Part shown: positions 52,403-63,249 of the stretch, piece after piece | Position numbering within the stretch: position 1 is the first letter of the stretch | Layout: each line of letters starts with the position of its first letter | Source of the DNA: Phoronis australis | Lineage: Eukaryota > Animalia > Phoronida | Reading direction: 5' to 3' | Assembly: GCA_002633005.1 (NCBI GenBank) | Contig: NMRA01000586.1 | Coordinates: 102,536-165,877 of the forward strand | Length of the DNA stretch: 63,342 bases | Program-made: the position numbers and the translations under genes | The notes under the pieces: model-generated | Told to the model about the DNA's origin: nothing | The model's input: only the letters and a program-made list of their open reading frames with translations | The model's database searches: none

Positions 52403-54460
52403 GTGTTAAAACAAAGTGGGAATCCAAACTAGAAATAATAACGAAGATCGACAGAATTGTCAAAACTTTCACACAAACTCCAAAGATCCATTTGCTGAGA
52501 TTTATCAATACCGAATACATCCGCATGAATAAAAAGACCGTCCTTAGCTGCAACTAAATATTTAGGAAATACCGTGAAACGTTTGCACCTCCAGCTTCAT
52601 CATATCTCAACACGTCCAACATTTTACCGCATCAACAATAACTCTAAGCAATCACCACACCAGGTGGTTTAAAGTTCTATTAAAGACTGCATGAAACTAT
52701 TTTTTTTTCAAAAACTTATCTCCAGATCATGACAGCATTTAACCTGCAATTTCAAGATGAGCAGAATTTAATTAGAACTTCTTAAGATTTTTGAATTTTT
52801 AGCGGTGCACCAATAAAACCTCACTTCTTCAGATACGATAGAAAAACGACAAAGCATACGGCACAGTAATTCATGTCACCTGAAACGTCACAAGAACGAC
52901 AGGACCAACTTTAAATATATCCTGGGATTTTGAAATTCATGAGCACTTGAACCCCGTGCAGCGACATCTTTAGGCATGGCTTCGAAATGGTAGCCTTGAT
53001 TTTTAATAAGGGTCCCATATAGTACATAAATAAATGAACCAAATGACTGCGTCTACGTCCGGAAGATTCGTCACGGCGGCCAACTTCACAATTGAAATTT
53101 GACTTGACCTATAACATGCACTGCATGGGGTTTTTAAATCACGATCAGATAGAACAATGATTAGATTTACGACTACGTAGTTTTTAAACAGCAAAAGTAA
53201 AACAGTTCATTTTTCAGAGAACTGTGTACACTGATTGTCAATTTGCTATTTCCTGAAACAAGTTTGGGGCAGGAAGTTACAGAGTTATACCACTCACTGA
53301 TTGGTCAACTTAAACGACTAAAACGCTATGTGAAATCATGCCGCAAATAGTAGAGTNAAGAAAAAGAAACGGGAGCACCACCGCGAAGTGCGCGTTTGCG
53401 CTTACTTAGTGGACTTTTTGTCCCATTTTCTCTGACATTTTATCTCTCAGGGGCGGACCTGTTTTGCCCACTTCAAGCCCCCCCCGAGCCTCCCCTGGGT
53501 GCGCGCATGGTGTTAAAACAAAGTGGGAATCCGAACTAGAAATAATAACGAAGATCGACAAAATTGTCAAAACTTTCACACAAACTCCAAAGATCCATTT
53601 GCTGAGATTTATCAAATACCGAATACATCCGCATGAATAAAAAAACGTCTTTGCTGCAACTAAATATTTAGGAAATACCGTGAAACGTTTGCACCTCCAG
53701 CTTCATCATATCTCAACACGTCCAACATTTTACTTCATCAACAATAACTCTAAGCAATCACCACACCAGGTGGTTTAAAGTTCTATTAAAGACTGCATGA
53801 AACTATTTTTTTTCAAAAACTTATCTCCAGATCATGACAGCATTTAACCTGCAATTTCAAGATGAGCAGAATTTAATTAGAACTTCTTAGATTTTTGAAT
53901 TTTTAGCGGTGCACCAATAAAACCTCACTTCTTCAGATACGATAGAAAAACGACAAAGCATACGGCACAGTAATTCATGTCACCTGTAACGTCACAAGAA
54001 CGACAGGACCAACTTTAAATATATCCTGGGATTTTGAAATTCATGAGCACTTGAACCCCGTGCAGCGACATCTTTAGGCATGGCTTCGAAGTGGTAGCCT
54101 TGATTTTTAATAAGGGTCCCATATAGTACATAAATAAATGAACCAAATGACTGCGTCTACGTCCGGAAGATTCGTCACGGCGGCCAACTTCACAATTGAA
54201 ATTTGACTTGACCTATAACATGCACTGCATGGGGTTTTTAAATCACGATCAGATAGAACAATGATTAGATTTACGACTACGTAGTTTTTAAACAGCAAAA
54301 GTAAAACAGTTCATTTTTCAGAGAACTGTGTACACTGATTGTCAATTTGCTATTTCCTGAAACAAGTTTGGGGCAGGAAGTTACAGAGTTATACCACTCA
54401 CTGATTGGTCAACTTAAACGACTAAAACGCTATGTGAAATCATGCCGCAAATAGTAGAGT
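52250..54460. repeat. ~1.1-kb near-identical tandem duplication separated by a single N (53357); probable contig-overlap artefact
   Basis: 52250-53356 vs 53358-54460 differ only by scattered SNPs/indels; identical 63-aa ORFs at 53003 and 54107. Confidence 0.93.
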
Positions 54461-55580
54461 CCATACAGTGAATCCTATAATCCCTGCACATTTGACTCCC
54501 ATTACTCAACAAGAGCCCGTTAGCCAAGCAGTGAACATCCTAATTGTACAAGTAGGTAATTCAAGTCAGCACTGAAACCGTTACACAAAGCTTGTGGACA
54601 CTGCAAACGAATCCTCCCAAAATACGCTGAGGTCACCTTGCAAAGGACTGTTCTTTGTTGTGCACTTCAAGTTAACGCACAAGTGACGATTGTTGACTTG
54701 TTGATAATTTCGGCTGCACACCTCGACGTCTAATTCTCGAATCACTGCATGTACAGAGTTCAGGATTTCCTAACTCAACTCCTTTTTGTACTTAAAACAA
54801 GAACATAACAAAGCGTCGACATGCACACAAACCGTATGCTACGGTGGCGGATTATAGGCAAACAACTTACACATGTACAGCCTGCCCGGACACGCAAAAA
54901 ATCGGGCGTCACGTTTCCCCGACTGTTACTGACACAGATCTCAGTATTATAACTTGGCGCCAAGTTGAAAGATATGCCCCGTTGTTTGTCTAAAATCAAC
55001 TAACAAGCAAAGGTAAAGGCGAACGTTGAATATATACGACAGCAGTTTTGCGGACACATGAAGACGACTGCCTAACGACACATTCGTCAAAATTTCTCGG
55101 TCACCAGTTTTCACCTGTGCCCGCATGGGTCCCTATTTTATGTGTATCCCTAGGTTGTAACTTGGATAATCGGGTATTGCATTGCGGCTCTACGCATGCC
55201 CAGAATGGTGTCTTGAGGCACATCCTACACATGCACGTGATATGCGTAACTGAAGACATACACGAACACCAATTGATGATTATTCATCTGAAAGCACGCC
55301 ACTGTTTCCAATCGTGCAAACACAAGATCATGGACCGACAGTTCATCTTCAGTCTCAAGAGATCTTTTCAAAAGAAGTACTTCACCATGCGTGCAGACTC
55401 AAGATGTAAGGTTTACCGATAATGTTTTTCTCGCGTTTTTAGTTTAGAAACGAGGCTTACGTATAGCGAAAAATCGACCCAATGAACGTTGTCTGCTCTA
55501 CATGTATAACCCGACTAGCCAGGGTACCTAAGTAGATAAGGAATTGCACATTTCACTTGAAAATTTTTAATATTCACAAC

Positions 55581-58500
55581 TCACTTCAGATCGCCAAGGT
55601 GCAAGTTCTCATGGCGAACAACATCCGCCGGTGAGAGGAACAACAGATTGCAAAATCTGCAGTTCCAAGGACCTCCAGAAAGGGCGCTGTGTGCTGGTAG
55701 AACGTGTGAAGCCGCGTTGTGTCTAAAGTCCAACTGTCTTGGCACGTGGCTTGGTGAGTGGGACGGAAGACGAACAGGATACAGGTACTGAGACATTGCC
55801 TGTGGCTGAAAAGGGTACAAATGATTAGCATAATCAGGATGAAATGCTCGCGATGACAAGTCACATTCCAGTGCTAAACCATACAGAGATTTTAGGCGCT
55901 GTCCTAGGTGAGAGTGAGGCGGCGAACTTACAGGAGGCCCACCAAACGCCTGGTTTGGATGCGTGATGTGCGATGGAGAAAACAGCACCGAAGATAGCGT
56001 GGCACTAGACAGAGCACTAGACTGGACACTCGTCTGGAGAGGCTGGACTCTTGCCTGGACACTCGTCTGGACGGAGTCCATCTCAACAAATTGACAGGAA
56101 TTGTACAACAAGCTCCTACCAAGGTCGTCGGCTCTGTCGATTTCTATGGTCGCACCCGAATTTTTGATCTCTTCTCCAGACACAAATGGCTCTGCATCAG
56201 CTAGACTCTGAGAACACACGATTTGTATACCACTACGATTGCCTTCACAAGATGTCTTACAAATCTTGTTCTTATCCTTGCTCTCTGCGGTGGAACCTTG
56301 GTCGGCAGCGCCGACAATTTTTTTGTTGTTCATACGCTTTGCAACCATTCGTGCTGTAAACGGACTAGCCGGAATTGGAACAGCGGTTCCAACACTCTCG
56401 AGTAAGCTATCAGTGTCTTCCTCTTCAGATGCAAATTGAGGTTCTTCTAAAAAGCGCGACACTTTCTCTCTGATGTCTGCTCCCTTAGCCACAGAGGATC
56501 GGCTACGCTTGGCACGGTTCACAGTCATTGCACTTGATACTTTCTTGCTGTGCTGCCTCTTCTTAGAGAGGTCTCCACTAGCATGTGGTGTTTTCAACAT
56601 AGTTCCCGACTTAACAGTTCTTTTACCATGTAGTCTTTTCTTGTGTTGCACACATCTTCTGCCTTTCAAGTTACCTCTTCCTCCAGCAAGTCTTTCTGAA
56701 TGGCCTGTTTTCTCGCTACTTTGCATGTTCAAGCAAGTTTGCCTCGAATTTTTCGTCAGGGACGAAACTTTCGAAGATTGTGATCTTTCACAGATGTCCC
56801 ATACCGGAGACTTCACATTGCTTTTCAGAATTCCTGAAGAACTGGTTGGAGTATGTAGTGTGTTCGTTTTGTAGGTAGTAATAATTGTTGAGCATTGGTT
56901 TGACAGCGACAACCTCTCTTCTTTGTTCCGCTCAGTCTTTTCCCAATGACACTTGTTGGGTTTACTTTTCATGTGTCTTCTGTTACAGGCTTTCTGGTGA
57001 ACAGCTAACGCTGCCGGATGGCTCGTATTAAAGGAACAGTCCAAAGAACTGCAAGCATATTTGACTGATGACGCATAGCGCTTCATTAAACAAGCTTTCT
57101 GGTGTCTACCTAATGCCGGTCGATAGCTTGTACTATACGAACAGCCGAGAGAACTGCATGTATATTTTTTCACTGACGAGGTCACGTGTTTCTTTGAACA
57201 AGCTTTCTGGTGTCTACCCAATGCCGGTGGATAGCTTGTACAATATGAACAACCGAAAGAACTGCACGCATATTTTTTGACTGACGATGTCACGTGTTTC
57301 TTTGAACAAGCTTTATGGTGTCTACCCAATGCCGGTCGATAGCTTGTACTATATGAACAGCCCAAAGAACTGCACGTATATTTTTTGACAGACGATGTCA
57401 CGTGTTTCTTTGAACAAGCTTTCTGGTGTCTACCCAATGCCGGTGCATAGCTTGTACTATATGAACAGCCGAAAGAACTGCATGTATATTTGATCGACAA
57501 TCTCATGCGTTTCGTTAAACAAGCTCTCTGGTGTCTAGCTAATGCCCCAGGATGGCTCGTACGAAACGGACAGCCGAAAGAACTGCATGCATGTTTGACC
57601 GAGGATGTCAGGTGTTTCTTTAAACAAATTCTCTGATGTCTACCTAATGCCGGTGGATAGCTTGTACTATACAAACAGCCGAAATATTTGCAGGCATATT
57701 TGACTGACGATGTCACCCGTTTCCTTAAACAAGCTTTCTGGTGTCTGGCTAATGCCCCAGGGTGGCTCGTCCTAAACGAACAGCCAAAGGACTTGCATGC
57801 ATAATTGACTGACGCCGCTGGATGGTTTGTACTACGTGAAAAGCCAAAAGAGCGGCATGCATGTTTGACTGACGATGTCCCGCGTTTCTTTAAACAAGCT
57901 TTCTGGTGTCTAGCTAATGCCCCAGGATGGCTCGTACGAAACGGACAGCCGAAAGAACTGCATGCATGTTTGACCGAGGATGTCAGGTGTTTCTTTAAAC
58001 AAATTCTCTGATGTCTACCTAATGCCGGTGGATAGCTTGTACTGTACAAACAGCCGAAATATTTGCAGGCATATTTGACTGACGATGTCACCCGTTTCCT
58101 TAAACAAGCTTTCTGGTGTCTGGCTAATGCCCCAGGGTGGCTCGTCCTAAACGAACAGCCAAAGGACTTGCATGCATAATTGACTGACGCCCCTGGATGG
58201 TTTGTACTACGTGAAAAGCCAAAAGAGCGGCATGCACGTTTGACTGACGATGTCCCGCGTTTCTTTAAACAAGCTTTCTGGTGTCTAGCTAATGGCCCTC
58301 CATAGTTGGAACTAAAGGCACAGCCCGAGGAAGTGCATAGGTACTTTCCACGCAGATGGTTTCCAATTATGTGCTCACGTGCTTCTTGTTGTGACTTCCC
58401 GATCACATTGAAGCACACAGTGCAATAGTACTGTTTATCTTTACGGCCAACCAACTCCACAACTTTTTTCTCCAGACGTTGAGAATAACTGCTCTTTGCA

Positions 58501-60407
58501 CGCTTCCAATAGCTTTTCGAATAGAATTTGCTGGCTATGACAGACGACAATGTAGAGAGCCTCTCACTCATCCCTTCCTGACGACTGATGTAATATTTGG
58601 ACCGCACATCTTTACTCTCCTTCATTTTTAAATGTTGTTTCCATTTACCACCGTTCCTGTTCATGGACACAACACCTTTCCGTGACACATCTCTAGCAAC
58701 TTCAGTTGTTTTTCTGTCATTTTTAAGAAAACCGAGACTCGTATCAGAGGGGGGTGCTTGACTTGCACTTCCAACGCCACAAGTACTAACATTTGTTTCA
58801 GCTGATGATCTTCCCCTACTGCGGCATTTGACTGATGCCTTTTCAGGGAAACGTTTGAGCAAGGTAAGCGAGGCATTTCCAGAGCAACAGTATAAGCTAC
58901 CTTCAGTGTTGCCGGTCTTGTGTATTACGGGTTTACTAGCCACATGACTGACAAGACGTGTATAGGAAGAAAACTGAGGATGCTGTCTATTCTCGTGGTC
59001 TCTTACTGGACCAGATTTCTTCATAACACTTAAGTTCCATTTTGTATCATACTTCACAGGCCTTCCCTTTCTCTTGGTACTTAAGGTAACTTCCATTTTG
59101 CCACACATTTTATCAGCCGTCTTTATGCCATTGGACTCCAGTAACACGGATTCTTTGTCAGACATAGTCCTCATGTCATGACCGGATCCGCCACTCTTCA
59201 TTAGAACAACCACGGGCTTCTTTCGCAGTTTCTCATCGACGCAAGCTGGCAGTTCGGTCACTGCTTTCTTCGTCTCTTCAAAAGTCGATATGGAATCGGT
59301 CAAGAGGAATTTTACAGAAGACTTTGACTCATTGTGACAAGAAATGTCATGTACTTCATCTTGTTCTTGGAAAAAAGACGCTGGGCTCACATTGATAGAA
59401 AGTCCATATCCCATCGACACGCCTTCACTGTCTCTACAGTCGGTCTTTACTGGTTTAAACACATCCTGGGATGAGCTCATGACTTCACACACCCCATTTA
59501 CATCTGTGGCTTGAACAATTATAGATTCATATGTTTTGTTCTTCCCCTTAGACTGCTCAGAGTTCTCACCAGATGTCACTGTATCTGGTTCTAGTGGAAG
59601 AACATCCGTGCTATCTCGATTAGAAGCACCAGTCGGTCTCAACCTTTCTTCCTTTGAGCATCTAATGCCATCCATTAAAAAATCTTCAGAACCATATTCC
59701 ACAAGAGTTTCCTCCGAAACCGCAATACTTTCAGGAGAGCTCGCCCTTAGTTCTGCATTGCTACACACAGAAACATGGTGAAGATTCTTTTCATCACCAT
59801 TTCTTTTACCTGAACTGTTAACATTGCCCAACGTTGAGCTGCACGTTTGGACAAGCACCAAATCTGAATCAATTGCACAACTTTTTCCAACATCATTCTC
59901 CACATTCACCTCTTTAAGACTTCTTTCACTTCTTACTGCGCATTCTCTCCGGTCTCTTGGTAGCACCTTCTCGTAAATGACATCTTCTCCATCTGCCCAT
60001 GACCCAGTGACTTTGGTTTCCACAAGTGGCATCTTGCCATCAGATGTGATTGCACCATCAAGTACTACACTGTCTTGTAAATGGCAGCCATTCATACTCA
60101 AACTGTCAAAGCCATCAGCTGGGACTGTGTTCATGCCTGAGTGGGTGTTGGATAACAGTGCATCATTGCTCACAACCGACACAGCATTGATTTCAGTTTT
60201 AAGGGAACTATCAGAGAAGCTATCCACACCATCAACATAATTGTCATGAACCTTTGGATTGATCTTTGTAACTTTTGAATGGATGTCGCCCGTGTTTATT
60301 TTTTGTTCGACAACAGGTGGCACTGACTGACTTCGTACAACATCTAAGATGATGACATCATCCTCATCCTCGCTTGAAATCTCAATCTCTTCACAACAAA
60401 CCTCCAT
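55581..60407 (-). CDS. Large multi-zinc-finger nuclear protein (1608 aa): acidic N-terminus, C2H2 finger, 12 tandem CCHC fingers, C-terminal C2H2 finger
   Basis: 4.8-kb uninterrupted ORF; Kozak-like GCCATGG; acceptor (pyrimidine tract + TGTAG) 16 nt upstream; fingers YYCTVC...HIIGNH, 12x C-x4-C-x12-H-x3-C, and WNCRFC...HENLH. The N-terminus could extend via an unseen upstream exon. Confidence 0.9.
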   Translation of the reverse strand: MEVCCEEIEISSEDEDDVIILDVVRSQSVPPVVEQKINTGDIHSKVTKINPKVHDNYVDGVDSFSDSSLKTEINAVSVVSNDALLSNTHSGMNTVPADGFDSLSMNGCHLQDSVVLDGAITSDGKMPLVETKVTGSWADGEDVIYEKVLPRDRRECAVRSERSLKEVNVENDVGKSCAIDSDLVLVQTCSSTLGNVNSSGKRNGDEKNLHHVSVCSNAELRASSPESIAVSEETLVEYGSEDFLMDGIRCSKEERLRPTGASNRDSTDVLPLEPDTVTSGENSEQSKGKNKTYESIIVQATDVNGVCEVMSSSQDVFKPVKTDCRDSEGVSMGYGLSINVSPASFFQEQDEVHDISCHNESKSSVKFLLTDSISTFEETKKAVTELPACVDEKLRKKPVVVLMKSGGSGHDMRTMSDKESVLLESNGIKTADKMCGKMEVTLSTKRKGRPVKYDTKWNLSVMKKSGPVRDHENRQHPQFSSYTRLVSHVASKPVIHKTGNTEGSLYCCSGNASLTLLKRFPEKASVKCRSRGRSSAETNVSTCGVGSASQAPPSDTSLGFLKNDRKTTEVARDVSRKGVVSMNRNGGKWKQHLKMKESKDVRSKYYISRQEGMSERLSTLSSVIASKFYSKSYWKRAKSSYSQRLEKKVVELVGRKDKQYYCTVCFNVIGKSQQEAREHIIGNHLRGKYLCTSSGCAFSSNYGGPLARHQKACLKKRGTSSVKRACRSFGFSRSTNHPGASVNYACKSFGCSFRTSHPGALARHQKACLRKRVTSSVKYACKYFGCLYSTSYPPALGRHQRICLKKHLTSSVKHACSSFGCPFRTSHPGALARHQKACLKKRGTSSVKHACRSFGFSRSTNHPAASVNYACKSFGCSFRTSHPGALARHQKACLRKRVTSSVKYACKYFGCLYSTSYPPALGRHQRICLKKHLTSSVKHACSSFGCPFRTSHPGALARHQRACLTKRMRLSIKYTCSSFGCSYSTSYAPALGRHQKACSKKHVTSSVKKYTCSSLGCSYSTSYRPALGRHHKACSKKHVTSSVKKYACSSFGCSYCTSYPPALGRHQKACSKKHVTSSVKKYTCSSLGCSYSTSYRPALGRHQKACLMKRYASSVKYACSSLDCSFNTSHPAALAVHQKACNRRHMKSKPNKCHWEKTERNKEERLSLSNQCSTIITTYKTNTLHTPTSSSGILKSNVKSPVWDICERSQSSKVSSLTKNSRQTCLNMQSSEKTGHSERLAGGRGNLKGRRCVQHKKRLHGKRTVKSGTMLKTPHASGDLSKKRQHSKKVSSAMTVNRAKRSRSSVAKGADIREKVSRFLEEPQFASEEEDTDSLLESVGTAVPIPASPFTARMVAKRMNNKKIVGAADQGSTAESKDKNKICKTSCEGNRSGIQIVCSQSLADAEPFVSGEEIKNSGATIEIDRADDLGRSLLYNSCQFVEMDSVQTSVQARVQPLQTSVQSSALSSATLSSVLFSPSHITHPNQAFGGPPVSSPPHSHLGQRLKSLYGLALECDLSSRAFHPDYANHLYPFQPQAMSQYLYPVRLPSHSPSHVPRQLDFRHNAASHVLPAHSALSGGPWNCRFCNLLFLSPADVVRHENLHLGDLK
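56985..58343 (-). repeat. Coding minisatellite: 105/108-bp zinc-finger repeat units with a 375-bp higher-order duplication
   Basis: Near-identical DNA units (e.g. AAACAAGCTTTCTGGTGTCT recurring); AAGCCAAAAGAGCGGCATGC at 57841 and 58216, 375 bp apart. Confidence 0.95.
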
Positions 60408-60423
60408 GGCAAAGATAGTGGTC

Positions 60424-60450
60424 CTACAAGCATAAAAGAGAGAACAATAT
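60424..60450 (-). other. Splice acceptor preceding the zinc-finger coding exon
   Basis: Minus strand reads ATTGTTCTCTCTTTTATGCTTGTAG|GACCACTATCTTTGCCATGG. Confidence 0.7.
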
Positions 60451-61680
60451 ACAGTATGCCCAGGAATTTATGACATTCACTCAATTAGTGCTGAACTTTT
60501 AACTTTACGGTGAACCCAAAATTTTCCAAAATTTCGCTTTGGCTTCCATATCTTTCGTTAGACTCGCTTTCACTACACGACACTATTTAGGGCATGAACC
60601 TAATTTGAGTTAAAGGAGAATGCCAACTAAAAAACAACCTATTTTGTATCAATTTAGATCGAGTAGTTCTACTCTATAGCGGCACGTTCGGTTGCGTTAC
60701 CCGACACTTGACGGCAGACGGAGGTGTTGAAATTATCCAATGACGTAATTGGTTTCACACGCAGTCTGTTCAGCAGTTCACAACACGGGTTAGTGGTGTC
60801 AGCTTATCGTTTGAATTCAACGTTTAACACTAATAAATCATCAAACTTTGATGTAAAACCCTTAAAAATAAACCAAGTTCTCATAGAAACGTGTTGTTTT
60901 ATTTCGCTGTTATGGATTTACTGGTATTTAGAAACACCGTAGCCAAAAAAATTCGGCAGACCAATTTACCAAGGTCCGAAGCAGGAGTTTGGGGTCTGTT
61001 CGGAGATAAATTCGAAGTATTCTTCCGTGAAATACAGACAGGAGAACCTAGATCTGTGTTCTAAACACAAAAAACGCTTGTTATCCCGACCAGTGGCTCG
61101 GAACCCGATCAATAGGCCCGGCGTCGCGGCCGGACTCATGACTCGTTATCCCGGCGAGAGGCTCGGAACCAAATCAGGCCCGTCGCGGCCGCCGGGCCTG
61201 GCACGAACATAAACCAGCTTGAGTTGGAAACTAAACCTCGCAGTCACGAAACGACTATAATATAACCGTGAGCCAAAGAAATAATGTGCGAGTAATTATT
61301 TATCTGAATTAGCCACGAAACTGAAAATCTACTTAGGCCTACTTGTCGGGGGCCGCGAAGTCGGGTTCCCCTTCCAATCAGCATCAAGGCAAAGGTTGTA
61401 CGGTAACAATGATTTGAATAATGTATTTGTATTTCTAAATAAAGATTCCCCTAACACGTGACCATAGCATATAAAATCGAGTAATTGTTTCACAACAGCT
61501 TTCAGTCAGCAAACACTGAATTAGCATGTGCTCACACGGCCTCAGTGCCCGGTCAATTTAGGCTACCTTAGTTGCCGGCATTAAACGCTGGTAACGCAGT
61601 GGTTTATTCATTTCCTGATAACGCTGTTCCTTTGTTGAGCGCTCTTGCCACATTGATGTTGGTTTATCTTCTATTGAACT

Positions 61681-61988
61681 AGACTGAAGCCTATTTCTTA
61701 TTGATTTATGACATCTAAGTTCGTCATATGAATTTTACGATGTTGTTCATCATCTCCACCACCATCATCATATTTGTCATCTTCGTCATTATCTCCGACG
61801 TCATCTTTTCTTCAGTTAATTTCGCCAAGTGTCGCTCAAGACTGTAGCCTATCTCTTAGTGATTTCTGACATCTACGTTCGTCATATGAATGATATCATA
61901 ACTTGCAATGTCCATCATCGCCACCATCGTCGTCATAGCTGGTCATCTCTAACGTGATTTTTTTGGTTAATTTCGCCAAGTTTCGCTC
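61681..61988. repeat. Diverged ~150-160-bp tandem duplication inside the Kolobok-like element
   Basis: AGACTG(A/T)AGCCTAT...GTTCGTCATATGAAT...TTAATTTCGCCAAGT(G/T)TCGCTC occurs twice. Confidence 0.8.
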
Positions 61989-62213
61989 CTCGGAGCGCTT
62001 TCATTTATTCATTGCTGGCTTCTCAAAACATTTGCACTCACGAGCATTACAAAATGTATCTAACGAGACAGACTTTGTTTCAGGTTCAGATAAGCATTGG
62101 TGAGGATGAGAATAATTCATTTTGAAAGAGAACGCGGAATAATAAACGTCTACATGTCAACTCGCCTGCACCAATCCTGACTCCGGGCGACGAAGACTTC
62201 ACGGGTCGGATCG

Positions 62214-62310
62214 TTAGTAGGTTTCACAGGCTATCAGTTTGAACCGGAAGACACAGATCAAGAAATACTAGAGAGGCGCCGTGAACATGCACAGGCAACG
62301 GAACGTATGG
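62214..62310 (+). pseudogene. KolX-like N-terminal fragment
   Basis: LVGFTGYQFEPEDTDQEILERRR resembles the YxFEP motif recalled from Kolobok accessory proteins; convergent with the THAP remnant. Confidence 0.45.
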
Positions 62311-62319
62311 ATAGTTCTT

Positions 62320-62546
62320 TGGTAAGCTGGAATTCGTCAGAGAAATCACTGTAGACGAAATGCCGGCCACTGACAAGGAGATGTTTGACGGCCTCATACT
62401 TGCTATTATCAGCATACCTTTCATTCTTCACTACCGCGGGTCACTTCCTAAGCATTTCGGTCTCTCGAGGAAGTCGAAAAAACGATATATCCGCTTTCTT
62501 CGCAGCTTCATAGTTCGGACAAGTGCCGAACGATGCACCGCAATAT
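62320..62546 (-). pseudogene. Decayed THAP-domain ORF (transposase N-terminus)
   Basis: Minus strand: RCIV / frameshift / GTCPN...ISFFRLPRETEMLRK*PAVVK...LVSGRHFVYSDF. This is the THAP pattern with the conserved Trp mutated to TGA. Confidence 0.72.
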
Positions 62547-63249
62547 AGCGGCATTCAATCTGCAGACAAACCACTGACGTCACTGCGTCATTTCTCACCT
62601 TCCTCACAGGTTAACGCGACACCTCTCGGCAAGGTGAGGTCGACCATATAAGAGGCGATGTGGATATAGACCGATTAATACGGGAAAAAAGACTAATTAA
62701 ATCGGGTGGCGTTCTCCTTTAATGCACTTGCGATTACAAAGTCAAGAACTAGCCAGATGTAGAAAAACGCATAGCATAACTTCTATAGTCCTTACTGAAT
62801 CATCACCCTACCCCATGATGTACGACTTACTCAGTTTAAATCCTTGGGAATAAAATGAAATATACAAGAGCAACGCAGAGTGTTGAAATGCGCCCACAAT
62901 TGCACCGCATACGGTATCCTTCTAGGGTTCTTTATTGGTACCATAAAGTGGCCAGTAGAGGGCATATATGTAGTATGTTGTACTTAGCAAAATGGAAAGG
63001 CATGGTCCTTGTCTCCTCAATAGGCTAGGGCAGGGGCAAAATGTGAGTAATCTTCATAATACAAGCACATCCTATACACCAGTTGCTTAAAGCACCACAG
63101 AAACACAGAATTAAAAACAAATTTACCAACATACGAGATTAGCACAGCATCTGAATGCCAGAAACAAATTTCTACTTGGAACTTTTCCTTCATAGTCACG
63201 AAGTAACACAAAGTATACACCTGAAGACCTATGAAAATACAGAGGTCAA

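Larger units (their letters stand above)
60614..62718. mobile_element. Kolobok-like internally deleted DNA transposon
   Basis: TTAA on both sides (60610-60613, 62719-62722); TIR AGGAGAATGCCAAC / GGTGGCGTTCTCCT; internal THAP and KolX-like remnants. Confidence 0.75.

Noticed and set aside
53003-54298. Two identical 63-aa ORFs as duplicated genes
   Set aside because: They fall in the N-joined duplicate block and show no protein features
55586-60240. Alternative-frame and antisense ORFs overlapping the ZF gene
   Set aside because: Shadows of the long ORF with no recognisable motifs
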